Shown here in pieces: positions 24,540 to 37,471 of a DNA stretch of 64,000 nucleotides. This DNA comes from Centroscyllium fabricii (Eukaryota), in NCBI GenBank assembly GCA_051313645.2, contig JBNRSN020000015.1, positions 100,936,001 through 101,000,000 on the forward strand, written 5' to 3'. The notes beneath the pieces were generated by a model that was not told where the DNA came from, made no database searches, and saw nothing but the letters and a program-made list of their open reading frames with translations. Within the stretch, counting starts at the first letter, position 1. Each line of letters starts with the position of its first letter. Made by a program: the position numbers and the translations under genes.

Positions 24540-24762
24540 CCTGTCCCCAGTCCCATTACCATCTCGTCTCAATTTGAATACCTCTGAATGTCGTTTCCCT
24601 TTTGTTTTCTCTTCCCTTTTGTTCCCTCCCAGCTCCCCCGGCCTTCTCTCCTGTTTAATTTCCTTGCTTCAGTCTTGACAAAGGGTTCCGACCCAAAACG
24701 TCGATTTCTCTCGCCACCAATGTTGCCTGGCCTGCTGAGTTTTTCCAGCACTTTGTTGTTTT
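24540..24762 (+). mobile_element. Penelope-like family B fragment
   Basis: cagtcttgacaaagggttccgacccaaaacgtcgat (decayed hammerhead) followed by tgcctggcctgctgagtttttccagca. Confidence 0.65.
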
Positions 24763-24992
24763 AACGACTGTTACCTACTGGCGTATCCTATCCCTCAGTG
24801 CCCATCCATGGGTTTGTGTAACTAGAAGCAAATATAGTAACAAGACTATAGCAAATACATGTAATGTGCTTTATCCATTTCTGTTCTGCTTTCTCCTCTT
24901 CCGTGCACTTTAATAAAACATCTCTGCCGACAATGCCGAGCACACCGGTTACTCGTACGCCAGGTGCAGGTCCTCATCCTCTCTGAAGTTTT

Positions 24993-25200
24993 AATGTAAG
25001 GAGTCACACAACACCAGGTCACAGTCCAACAGCTTTATTTCAAATCACAAGCTTTCCGAGCACTGCTCTTTCCTCAGGTGAAGTCAGGAGCTATGCTCTG
25101 ACAGCTTGAGATTTCAAATAAAACCGTTGGACTATGACCTGGTGTTGTGTGACTTCTTACATTTGTCCACCCCAGTCCAACACCGGCGCCTCCACCTCAG
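24993..25200 (+). mobile_element. Penelope-like family A hairpin, older and diverged
   Basis: Inverted arms with tail on the right; flanked by CTCTGAAG direct repeats. Confidence 0.75.
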
Positions 25201-25653
25201 CTCTGAAGGCTGAACGCGGACATGAATTGGTGCGACGATGGTTCGCGCTGCCATTTGTTGTGCCCATGCGAAATGGTGCGTGCCACAGATGGGAAACCAG
25301 CCCCGTCTGACACCCCCAACATCTGCATTACAGCCAGGGGGGGCTCGACAGGGAAGAGCTCACAATTCCAGATGAAACTGTAAGAACAAGAACGTGCCGT
25401 GGGCAGTTCATTCTCCCGATTATAAAATATAATTCAATCGTGTCATCTAATGGGATTTTGTCTTGTGAAACATGAAGCCATTTAAAAAAAATCCGTGCAT
25501 CTACTTAGAGTTATCATTATAAACCAGGATTGTTTTTCATTCTCTCTTTACTGCTCCGAACACAACACACCTGGAGTGCCAAGGACAGTGCTAGCCACCG
25601 CAACACATCCAGACTCTCGAAACTGGGAAGAGACCAATGAGATTGACCCGAGT

Positions 25654-25861
25654 ATAATAGCAAAATTCTGCAGATACTGGAAATCTGAAATAACAACAGA
25701 AAATGCAGGAAATGCTCAGCAGGCCAGGCAGCATCGGTGGAGAGAGAAACCGAGTTAAGGTTTCGGGTTAGGGTCCCTTCAGGCAGTGAGATCATGAAGA
25801 GTCCCGAACCCGAAACGTTAACTCAGTTTCTCTCTCCACGAATGCTGCCTGGCCTGCTGAG
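25654..25861 (-). mobile_element. Penelope-like family B hairpin insertion
   Basis: Inverted arms; TSD TGAGATTGACC(C/T)GAGT (25638-25653 / 25858-25873); tail on the left arm only. Confidence 0.8.
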
Positions 25862-25890
25862 ATTGACCTGAGTGTTAGGGGATGAACTGG

Positions 25891-26383
25891 AGTCATGGAG
25901 TCATAGAGTTTTACAGCACAGAAAGAGGCCCTTTGGCCCATTGTGTCCGCGCCGGCCATCAAGCCCTGTCTATTCTAATCCCATTTTCCTGCATTTGGTC
26001 TGTAGCCTTGTATGCTATGGCATTTCAAGTGCTCATCTAAATGCTTCTTCAATGTTGTGAGGGTTCCTGCCTCCACCACCCTTTCAGGCAGTGAGTTCCA
26101 GATTCCAAATACCCTCTGGGTGAAAAAGTTCTTCCTCAAATCCCCTCTAAACCTCCTGCCCCTTACCTTGAATCTATGCCCCCTTATTATTGACCTCTCC
26201 ACTAAGGGAAAAAGTTCCTTTCTATCTACCCTATCTATGCCCCTCATAATTTTGTACACCTCAATCAGGTCCCCCCTCAGCCTTCTCTGCTCTAAGGAAA
26301 GCAACCCCAGCCTGTCCAGTCTCTCTTCATAGCTGAAACGCTCCAGCCCAGGTAACATCCTGGTGAATCTCCTCTGCACCCTC
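25891..26383 (-). mobile_element. CR1 LINE 3' fragment
   Basis: ORF 25975-26379 QRRFTRMLPGLERFSYEERLDRLGL..; ATGACTC tail. Confidence 0.92.
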
Positions 26384-27938
26384 TATGAAGAATAAACTAG
26401 ATACAATGTAGAAAGGACCATGTAGAGGCATATAACGGGAGAGGGAAGGTAAACCCAGCACGAGGATAAACAGACACTGGTTCAAGGTCGTGAGGACATG
26501 TTAGCGCAGAAAATATTTATTTACACAGACGGTGCTCAACAGCTGAAACAGGTTGGCGGTTGAGCCCAGGACACTGAAGTCACACACACATATATATAAA
26601 AACACAGCTAGATGGTGCAATGGGAAAATGGTAGGATTGGTCAAATGGGTCAAATAATCTTTATCTCAACCTGTCTTGCAATCGATACATTACAGTCGTT
26701 TTCTGATACGTCCCAGTAAGTGTCTGAATACATTGCAGTTATACTGTCCCTCTGATGTGGCGATTATCCTTTTGTCACTCTGAAAGCCGTTGCTTATTTG
26801 GTGGAGAACCGGAGGCCGGCATTGGGGAGTAAGATTAAGGTGTGAAATTAAAGAAAACGTCCATCTTAGTTGTTGACATTTCTGGAAAGCGTTACAAAAT
26901 GTACACAATTAAAACCTATTTATCAATGTTTAAAATAACAACGTACAAAGCTATCCCCTGACCACATTGTAATGCAAAGTGGAGTGTAACAACGAGCCAG
27001 AGCTCAGGAACGGGCTTTGCCCCCAACACCCCCCTCCCCAAAGAGAGAAAGCTACTGTCACATGCCGGATGTTGGGTCCTGCGCATCCTAAATCACCACA
27101 CAGGATGGGCCGAGTGCTGCTCTGCATCTGAAACTATACAAATATACTGCAGCCTGGGTGCGACCGCTGGGGTTAAAACCAGTGCTGTCACTCATCCCGC
27201 TATCAAATGCTCAGATTCCTGATCCTGGCTTTATACTACCACATTTGCATGGATACAAATTCTTTCTTCACACACAAAAGTGACAGCATAGGTTAGTTAT
27301 ACTGCAAACGTTTGCGTCAGAGCAACGCAGTTTGGGGTTTAGCACTGATGCAAAAGTGGGAGCATAACTCGTGGTTATCAGCAATCTGATTCCCAGGTGC
27401 ATTTACGGTGCGCAAAGCCAATGGAGAGTGAATTGCTCTCGAGTTTGCTGGTGTGCAGTTTACCGCCTCTCCCAAGCCCACGCTCGGTTCCTCTCTGCAA
27501 AGCTCAATCGACAATCAATGGGTCGGTCGTTACAGTCCATGGCTGTGCGGTAAAAGGGAAATGTCAGCTTGGAACCCAAAGAGCTCCAGATTGCGCATGA
27601 ACTGGGGAGAGGATCCGAAGTTGGAGCTTGAAGTTGGGCTGTTGGAGATTTCAAGTTCCCAAATGCATTGGAGAGCCAACTGACTCGGGCTCCATATTTA
27701 GGCTCCAATTTTCGCGTCAAAAGACACGCTGACGTTGTTGGAGTACACCCTTCCGCCAGAGGTGTTGGTTCATCTGACAGGTAGTATTGCGAGCCACTTG
27801 CGGTTTGCACTATGACTCTGAACCAAGCCAGATTTCAGTGAGCCCAGGTGATTCACTGGACCGCGTGGGGACTCTGTAAACTCGTGTTTCAATGAGAAGA
27901 AATTGGCTGCTTCTCTTTTCACTCTCTTACATGGGAAA

Positions 27939-28333
27939 GGGCGGCACGGTGGCACAGTGGTTAGCACTGTTGCCTTACAGCACTGGAGACCCGGGTTCAA
28001 ATCCAGCCTCGGGTACTATCTGTGTGGAGTTTGCACATTCTCCCCGTGTCTGCGTGGGTTTCCTCGGCTGCTCCGGTTTCCTCCCACAGTCCAAAGATGT
28101 GCGGGTTAGGTTGATTGGCCATGATAAATTGACCCTTAGTGTTAGGGGGATTGAATATGTGGGAGTTACAGGGATAGGGTGGGATATGTGTCGATATAGG
28201 GATCGAGGGATGTGGGGAGAGGGCAGGGGCGGGGTGCTGGGTTTAGATGATCAGCCATGATCTCATTGAATGGCGGAGCAGGCTCGAAGGGCCGAATGGC
28301 CTACTCCTGCTCCTAGTTTCTATGTTTCTATGA
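27939..28333 (+). mobile_element. V-SINE family 1, full length
   Basis: tRNA head, V-domain and CR1-like tail. Confidence 0.9.
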
Positions 28334-31300
28334 AACAAATAGCCAACAGGGAGTGCCGATAAGCTGACTGTGAGGGACAGTCAGCATTATAACTCGGGTC
28401 TGCCAGCAGCACAGTGCACGCCATAGATATCAGTCTGAGACCGTTAACTATAGTACAACAGCCAAGAAAGCCTTGTTTCTGGGAATAGCAATTAGACAGT
28501 GTCTCGGTATGCACATTAAAAAAATCACACCTGCAGAATTTAAACCTATGGAATAGAGGAAAGATGTTGCTGAACAGGAAAGAACAGGACGCAACAAAAA
28601 TAAATGTGTGAAATATAGAAAGTGCATTCACAACATGGGCCAAATGTGATCCAGTAAAGTCAGTAAATCAGTACTTTTAATACCTGATCTTCGATTTGAA
28701 GACACGTTTTATATTGTGCATTATATTTTAATCTGATGTTTTACAGCTTGATTGGGTCCAGTGCAATCCATGTACATATATTTGTACTTAAAAAAAAATT
28801 GGAAGCGAAGTTTGAATCAGCTTTTAAAACATTTTAGGGGTTGAGCTTCACATCCATCGCTTGTGAACGTTTTTGGATTCGACAGAGGCAATCGAGGATG
28901 AATTTCCACAATTCTATTACAGTTAACCACAAAGTCCTTATAACAAGTGCACTCATATCAAACTCGAGTCAAATCGAGATGGACGCTGCACCTCGAACGT
29001 CCAATTCTAACTTTGCATCAAATTAAATACAACGGTACATCTCATTAAAACGCACTCCACTGCTAAGTGCAGTTTATCTCGACTATCACTCACTCATACC
29101 ACGCCTTCAATCAGGTCCCAAGTGAGGATATATAACCCGAATTCCCATTGGTAAAAAAGGGGAGGGGAGGGGAGGGGGGTAATATTTGGACTGGTGTATA
29201 TTCTTAGTCGATTTTGAATTAAAAGGGATGAACACACGCTAAAAATATAGTATTGTAAATCCCAATCCACCCATAATCTTGCAGCATGTGAGCCACTGCA
29301 CATTGTAACTGGCATGGTTACAGCGTTCCTGCCGTTTTTGAAACAGATCTACAAATCCTTTTCTCTTTGTGAAATCTTCTGAACGATTGCGTCTGTGAGT
29401 AGAGGTTGGGGAGAGGCTCCGCGCTGTCCGTCCTTCCTGGTGTTGCGATGAGTGCCTTTCTTTGGGGAGATTGAGGACACATGGGGGTAATGACGCATTT
29501 TCTTTTGGCATTTTCTGCTCCTTAAATCATAGGCTGAGCGGCGAACGAGTTCCCGGCATCACTTTCACTTTAAAAAAAAAACGCTGATAAAACACACATT
29601 CACTCCTGCTCGCTTTGCCCAGGGATTCCTCTCGCTCACAGCCTTTGCACCCCCCTCCCCTACCACCCCAAAAAGAGGAATTTCTGAACTTCTGGCGGGC
29701 TGGTCAGCTGCGCCCTGCCGCGGAGATTGGGTTATTTGTTGAGAATTGCCGTACAGACTGAAAGGTAAGGCAGACCCCCTTGTTCTGCAGATTATGAAGT
29801 CGGTCATTCTGCAAATAGTAGGGGCGGGTGGGTTGGGCTTCGCTCTTTTACGATCGGTTTTGCCCTGTGCGTTCACCCTTTGAATTCAAAAATCAAGCAA
29901 GAATTGATACGATGACTCAGACAGAAATTGCGTTATAAACGGCGGGGCCTCACAGGCCAGGGTCAAGAATCTAGAAACAAATCGTACGGTGTAAGTAACA
30001 TATACTGGACTTTTAAAACCGGAATCCCGCTGCATGAGAATGTATGTCCCAAGAGTTTAACACAGCCACTTCCTCGCTGTCAAGACAAGACGAGCGTTCG
30101 CAGGGCTAATGGAGATTTTGGATAGTTTAACACATCCAAGGTATGAAAAACCAACTGTGTGCAAGCCAGAAATTAAATGCAGAGTTATATTATAGAAATT
30201 ATAAAAAGAAATTAAAGTACCCGTTCCTTTTAGTTTGTGCCTTACGATATGCTATTTTAACCTTTTGGAAATGACAGCAACAAAGATTACAATCCCAGTT
30301 TATTTATTTCAATCTATGTAAGGAAATATTTTCAGCTGATGTTCACATCATTTCGTTTGCATATCATTATGCTGATGTTTCGCAAAGAACGTGACATATA
30401 TAATCAGGGCAATAAGAGGCAATCGAATTATATTAATGATATATATCTGTACATACTTCAGGGAGTATATTTATTACATGGTTAAATGCGCACACACACA
30501 TTGTGCCAACAGTGTAATCAGTATAAATTGTTGCATACTGCGTCTCCCCGCCGCTCTGTTTTGTGGTTCCAGAATCAATGTTCGTCTGTCTGGTGAAATA
30601 TGGAATGTTAAATATGAATCGAATGAGCTGGGAGTTCGGACTGCAGGCAGGGGGACTCCGAAAGTCAGCACACAGCTTGTGTTCAAACATATGTTGCTTG
30701 CAATGACACACTAGAAAGGATGACCTTCCTGCATTGGATAATGATATAAAAGCAAAACCATCTGAAAAAAAACACGACAGGCTCTCCAAGGGCTTACACA
30801 TGCTCAAGGTTTCCGAGCAATCTTTCTGTTGCAGATGCATCGTCCAAACTACTTAGGAAACAGTTTAGCAGGAAATGACGTGACTTGGTAAACAACATAC
30901 ATTTATTCAGGACAATAAAACATGTTCCGAAGGTCTTGCCAAGCAGCGAAAAGCCAATTCTTCCCATCCACTCTGTGTGCCCGATTGATTTTCTCTTATA
31001 ATAGCAAGTATATCAGACATCACAAGTTGGGATAAAGTTGTACCTATGGTTTAAACTTCAACATTTCATAACAAAACGCAGATTTCATAATTGACGAATG
31101 TATTATAATTAATACGGAATGAATGAAAGGCAGGAATAAATGAAAATTAACTGGTAGTGTTCAACTGGCCGAGTTACGCAATTTCTCTATTATCGGTCAA
31201 GTCCACGGTAGACAAGAGACGCGAGGACCGGTAACGAGTGGTATCTTAACTGGGTTCAAGACAAACGCGTTCGGTAATTTGTACGAAATAACTGCAACAT

Positions 31301-31768
31301 GGATTAATTTGGGTGGGATGGGATACAGTTTACAGTTTATACCATACATTGACAGACGTGCTAGAAAGTGAATAGACTAGAAGTTTTATATTTCACGTAA
31401 AATAATCCAAGTTTGTCAGACGTCAAGGTGCATTATTTTCCAACAGGTTGCAGGTCCATGCACTGTTCCTCTGGAAACACAAGGCCCACACTAGGTTAGT
31501 AATCGATGTGCAGAGGAAGACAAAAGATGGGATCTTGCTTTCTGAGTTTGTGCACTGAAGACCGAGGCGGCTGTTAATGACTGTAATACTTATATAAAAG
31601 GGACGTTTCAGATAGTACATGGTTATTAGAGCGCAGGAATGGTGCCGTGCGAAGATTTGAACCATGTATGTCATAGCACAAAACAGCCTACAAGTTATGC
31701 TGCCTGACCTGCCGAGTATTTCCAACATCTTCTGTTCTTGTTACGAGTTATGGGCTACATCGTATTCC

Positions 31769-31968
31769 NNNNNNNNNNNNNNNNNNNNNNNNNNNNNNNN
31801 NNNNNNNNNNNNNNNNNNNNNNNNNNNNNNNNNNNNNNNNNNNNNNNNNNNNNNNNNNNNNNNNNNNNNNNNNNNNNNNNNNNNNNNNNNNNNNNNNNNN
31901 NNNNNNNNNNNNNNNNNNNNNNNNNNNNNNNNNNNNNNNNNNNNNNNNNNNNNNNNNNNNNNNNNNNN
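31769..31968. other. Assembly gap (200 N), probable location of ALX4 exon 2
   Basis: Run of exactly 200 N; no KKRRNRTTF..EARVQ exon seen elsewhere between exons 1 and 3. Confidence 0.9.
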
Positions 31969-33656
31969 AACCGACAAAGAAGATCTTTTTAAGAGAAGTT
32001 TATTTCACCGTGTTTTTTAAACAAAAAAAAACACGTAAAAATGAGCAGGGGCTTGAGTGAGGTCTCAAGCCTTCGGATCTGCATCGCAAACACTCGCACT
32101 CGTCAAACTCAAAGATTTGCGATTATCGGCTGGAAACACAGTCACTGAATGTGACCATAAATGCACCAAATGTTGGAGGATGTTAACGACCGCCCGCAAA
32201 TCGGTGAACTGAGACGGGAACACAATCAATCCCCCATCATCTTTTCAGATGACCACATAAACAACGAGCTGGGCTTAAATCACCGCCAACATTATAGATT
32301 GTTTTAAGCTCGAGAAACACATGAAAGCTTTTTCTTGTTTTTGCTTTTCGAGCGGGGAAGGGGGGCAGTGCTGAGATGATAAACTGAACCAAACTGCAAG
32401 GACAGGGAAAGTGCCGGGTTTGAATAGTTCAGATAACATTAATGGAAGGGCGAGTGTTCAGCGTGGCATCGATTCGAAAGTGCACCAGAGTTTTTTAAAA
32501 CTCGCGACTGCACATTCTTAAAGTTGCAAATGTTGATGGTTAACAGCGCATTAGCCCAGATTGTAACTCTCTCCAGATCCCCCCCCCCCCCAGTATTATT
32601 ACAACCCTTTACTTACTGGAGGGCTGGACTACCCAGTCAGAAAATAGAAACAGGTTTCGAGCTGCTGGATTCCCAGGCGGTACATTTTGAGAGCTCCAAC
32701 TGCACCGACAGCGCTCGTGTATCTTTGCACCTTCCACATTTACCTCGCTCTCAAGTCGACATTTGTCAAGCCAGTGATTGCTAGTAAGCAAAACTGCAAG
32801 ATTCCTTTAAACGTCCATTTGTCTCGATTCTGCCTGTAAATGAGTCGTTTCCCCATTCTTTTGCGCGCGGCGCTAAATTGGATCGCCGGCGTTATCTTGC
32901 CATCTGCAGTTCTGTTTCATATTAAGCCAGATGAAGTGATACTGAAATTAAACGGATATTATATAATCATCGCGCAGTGAAAAGGTTTCGACAGCGACAG
33001 GCTTTAGAGTCACATCAAAGGCAACAAACATCTTTCCTGTTAAGAGCGAGACAATGTTAACACGCTATCAGGAAGTTAATAATCTGCAAACGGCATTGAA
33101 CTGCTATCCAGCTCGAATCAACCATTGAATAGTGTTCATTTATTTCTTCATCCTGTGAAGCGCATTGGGAGTTTTTCTACCGCTATAGAAGTGCAAACTT
33201 GTCGTTGATTAAAAACTGTTTTAACTGATGGGACTGTTCAACGTTTCGAAGTGGCAATTTCGGCCTTCGACGAAATGAAACCGTTACAAATTATTTCCCG
33301 ATTGAATTTAAAATTGCCTATTTCAAAAGCATTTCGGAGTAAGGGATCAGTAATTTGCATTATTCATTTTTATAATAAAGAAAATCGTCAGCCGGTACAA
33401 CAGACCTTTGAAATATAAATATAATTTTGAAATTGGAGCCTGTTATGTATACTGTGACAACTCTGCGCAATTGGGTTAAGACCCATAAATCAAGACTTTA
33501 ACCCATCGTTTTTAGTAGATTTTCTGCTTGTCACATTGACAAAGAACAGCCTATACTTCAAAGTAAAGTTATTGAAAATTCATGTCTAAAAAAAAATTTC
33601 TGCCGGAGATTTCTCAGGTCAAATCTGTAATCTGAGCAATGCATAGTCTTGGGATT

Positions 33657-34036
33657 ACAATAGCAAAATACTGTAGATGCTGGAAATCCGAAATAACAAC
33701 AGAAACAGATGCAGGCTTGATGGGGATCAGGGATATGGGGAGAGGGCAGGGGAGGGGTGCTGGGTTTGGATGATCAGCCATGATCTCATTAAATGGCGGA
33801 GCAGGCTCGAAGGGCCGAATGGCCGACTCCTGCTCCTATCTTCTATGTTTCTAAACTGCTGGAAAAACTCAGCAGGCCAGGCAGCATCGGTGGAGAGAGA
33901 AATAGTGTCGACGTTTCAGGTTAGGGACCTTTCATCAAAACTTGACAAAGGGTCCGAACCCGAAACGTCGACTCTAGATTTCTCTCCACGGATGTTGCCT
34001 GGCCTGCTGAGATCTTCCAGCATGTTCTGTTGTTGT
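33657..34036 (-). mobile_element. Penelope-like family B hairpin with a nested SINE 3' fragment (33707-33853, +)
   Basis: 15-bp TSD CATAGTCTTGGGATT (33642-33656 / 34037-34051); inverted arms with (T)TGA.(G/A)AAGG..CC(C/T)GAAACGTCGAC hammerhead-like cores. Confidence 0.8.
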
Positions 34037-34131
34037 CATAGTCTTGGGATTGATGTGTTCGCGATCTTCCACTTGTACATATCCTGTAGACAATGGAAGT
34101 GATTTACAGGCGTTTCTTCTGTTGGCTTTAG

Positions 34132-34497
<366 letters not shown>

Positions 34498-34726
34498 TAA
34501 CATTGCAGCTGATATAATAACGCTAAGTATTGAATTTCCTTTCCAACCAGCAGCAGGCCAACATTCGTCATCCGCACAGGATGGAATTTGCAAAACCGAA
34601 GCTTCTTCAGAGTTGGGGGAAGCGAATTATAATAAATATTAAAATCAGTTTAGTTTGAATTTTGCACTCAAAGAGAGAGAGAGAGAGATGTTTGTGTTGG
34701 GGAAAGGATAATTCTATTTATGACAT

Positions 34727-34940
34727 AACAGAAAATGCTGGAAAAAACTCAGCAGGCCAGGCAGCATCGGTGGAGAGAAATAGAGTCGACATTTCGGGTT
34801 AGGACCCTTCATCAAAACTAAAGCTGGGGAATGAAACACAGGAGGGTGGGGGGGGGGGGGGGGGGGGAGGAACAAGGAAAACAGCACAAAGAGAAAAGAC
34901 TTAGATGAGATTCTGTGGACAGGAGACAGCAGTTGATTAG
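34727..34940 (-). mobile_element. Penelope-like family B fragment with hammerhead-like motif
   Basis: Minus strand AGTT-TTGATGA-A-GGGT-CCTA-ACCC-GAAA-TGTC-GACT followed by the family B body. Confidence 0.7.
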
Positions 34941-34978
34941 GTGTGAAAAACTCTGGCAGAACAGGGTTGGCTGCCACG

Positions 34979-36233
34979 ATAGAAACATAGAAGATAGGAG
35001 CAGGAGTAGGCCATTCGGCCCTTCGAGCCTGCTCCGCCATTCAACGAGATCATGGCTGATCATCCAAACCCAGCACCCTGTCCCTGCCTTCTCCCCATAT
35101 CCCTCGATCCCTATCGCGCCTGCACCGACACATATTCAATTCAATTCAATTCAAGTTTTATTGTCATTGCAGAGTACTAGTACAATACAACGAGACGAAG
35201 ACTCGACTCTCCCGAGAGTAGTGCAAATAAAATAAATAAATTACATGCAAAATGCATACAGTAGAGTACATTATCAGGCGTGCAGGTACCGGAGTTTCTT
35301 TTTAGAGTTCAGGAGGCTGACAGCCCTGGGGAAGAAGCTGTTCTGAAATCTAGTCGTGCGGGTGCAAATTGCTCTGTAGCGTCTCCCGGAGGGCAGGGGT
35401 GCGAACAGACTGTGGCTGGGGTGTGTGGGGTCTTTAATAATGTTCATAGACCTCCGTAAGCAGCGTTTGAGGTAGATGCTTTCCATTGACGGTAGCTGTG
35501 TACCGGTAATTCGTTGGGCAGTTTTGACTACCCGCTGCAGGGTTTTCCAGTCCGAGATAGTGCAATTACCATACCAGACAGTGATGCAGCTTGTCAGTAT
35601 GCTTTCTATTGTGCAGCGGTAGAAGTTGGAGAGGATGCCGGATGACAGCCTGGCTTTCTTCAGATTCCTTAGGAAGTACAGGCGCTGTTGGGCCTTCTTA
35701 ACCAGAGAGGAGGTGTTTAGTGACCAGGAGAGATCTTCCAAGATGTGGACCCCGAGGAACTTGAAGCTGGACACCCTTTCCACCTCAGCCCCTTGGATGA
35801 AGATGGGGGTGTGTCTTCTGCTTCCAGTCCTCCGGAAGTCCACTATGATCTCCTTGGTTTTCTTGGTGTTCAGTGCCAGGTTGTTGTCGGCACACCAACC
35901 CACAAGGCGCTGGATCTCATCCCTGTAGGCTGACTCGTCGTTGTTGGTGATCTGGCCAACCACCGTGGTGTCATCCGCGAACTTGATGATCGTGTTGGAG
36001 CCATGGACAGCCGCACAGTCGTGAGTGAAGAGGGAGTAGAGGAGGGGGCTGAGCACACAACCTTGTGGGGCCCCCGTATCCCCCACATATTCAATCCCCC
36101 TAACACTAAGGGTCAATTTATCCTGGCCAATCAACCTAACCCGCACATCTTTGGACTGTGGGAGGAAACCGGAGCACTCGGAGGAAACCCACGCAGACAC
36201 GGGGAGAATGTGCAAGCTCCACACAGATAGTAC
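34979..36233 (-). mobile_element. V-SINE family 1, 5'-truncated, split by a Rex1-like insertion
   Basis: SINE 3' part at 34979-35135 and V-domain part at 36072-36233. Confidence 0.85.
35136..36077 (-). mobile_element. Rex1/Babar-clade non-LTR retrotransposon, 5'-truncated, uninterrupted RT frame
   Basis: TGAPQGCVLSPLLYSLFTHDC..IIKFADDTTVVG..NNLALNTKKTKEIIVDFRR..KKAQQRLYFLR, stop at 35274; (TTGAA)n tail at 35136-35155. Confidence 0.9.
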
Positions 36234-37056
36234 AAGAAAGGCTAAATTCTATTATGACAGTATGTCAGCATCAAGCAATTCTTCATCAGGAGTAGCATTG
36301 GTCAGATGCAGAATAAAACCCGGTCTGCTCTGCACCAACAGTTGGCATAAACTCCGACATTAGTATTGCAGAGGCACTGTGGTTACCATTGTCTTAACCA
36401 CTCAGCCCTTTGGGCTATCGTCGATAGAGACGTGACAATCAAGGTGGTTTTATACTGGCCCTCCTAGAGTTTGGATCACATGAGATCACTATGTAGAGGA
36501 TCCCTGCGTTCACATTCCAAAACATATATTCTCCCTGCGTTTACATTCTAAAATCAGTTCTGATGCTAAAATAGCAGACCTACATTTTCATGGATTTACA
36601 ACTGTGCCGTCAGAATAACGGAGTTAGTTTTAGCACTGTATGGGGGCAAAACCGGCGAGAGGACATTGGTAGCCAATTTTACACTCCGCCCTATTTTCTT
36701 TACCATAATTGAGTGGAGTGTAAAACTGGCGGTCACTGTCCAAGATGAATTTCACCTCCTACTGCAAAAACTGACTTCATTATTCTGATGCCAAAATTGG
36801 AATTCCATGAAAATGTGGGAAGCCAATGCGTGGACAACACTATTTCAGGTGAACTACAGAAGCGCCAAATGTAAAAACACCCTAATACTGCAGTTATACT
36901 TCAACTACTGTGTGACAACTGTTTTAGAGTGGGGAGAAGGGGAAGCACAAAGTAATGCTGCCTTGTTCTACCACTCAAAATTCAGGGAAAGTAGAGCTCG
37001 GTGCACTGTAACCTAGTATAGGGATGTGTACGACTGGAAAATACTTTGCAATTCAC

Positions 37057-37407
37057 AGAAACACAGAAGATAGGAGCAGGAGTAGGCTATTCGTCCCTTG
37101 GAGCCTGCTCTGCCATTTTGATGAGATCATGGCTGATCATCCAAACCCAGCACCTCCCCTCCTACTCTCTCCCCATATCCCCCGACACCCCCAACTCTAA
37201 GAACTATATCTCACACACATACTCGTGGTCAATTTTTAGTATCGCCAATTCACCTAACCTGCATGTCTTTGGGTGGTGGGAGGAAACCCACACGAACACG
37301 GGGAGAACATGCAAACTCCACGCAGATGTGTCGCGGGCCAAGCAGGATTCGAACCCAGGAGCTCCTTATTGCGAGGCAGCAGTGCTAACCACTGCGCCAC
37401 CGTGTCA
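37057..37407 (-). mobile_element. V-SINE family 2
   Basis: tRNA head, V-domain variant, distinct internal segment, tail (TTCTGTGT)n; similar copies at 57345 and 59968. Confidence 0.85.
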
Positions 37408-37471
37408 TCTGGCAGGCCCCCAAAACTATACTGCTCAGTCACCCACCCTCAAATATTGATTCACTGTTCAT

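Noticed and set aside
27939-28010. tRNA genes at SINE 5' ends
   Set aside because: The A/B boxes run directly into V-SINE bodies; these are tRNA-derived heads, not tRNA genes.
31664-32020. ORFs containing long X runs
   Set aside because: Artefacts of the N gap.
35274-36224. 316-aa ORF as a host gene or transcribed SINE-RT fusion
   Set aside because: The N-terminus is chance read-through of SINE sequence, the SINE lacks its pol III head, and the rest is a 5'-truncated Rex1 RT.
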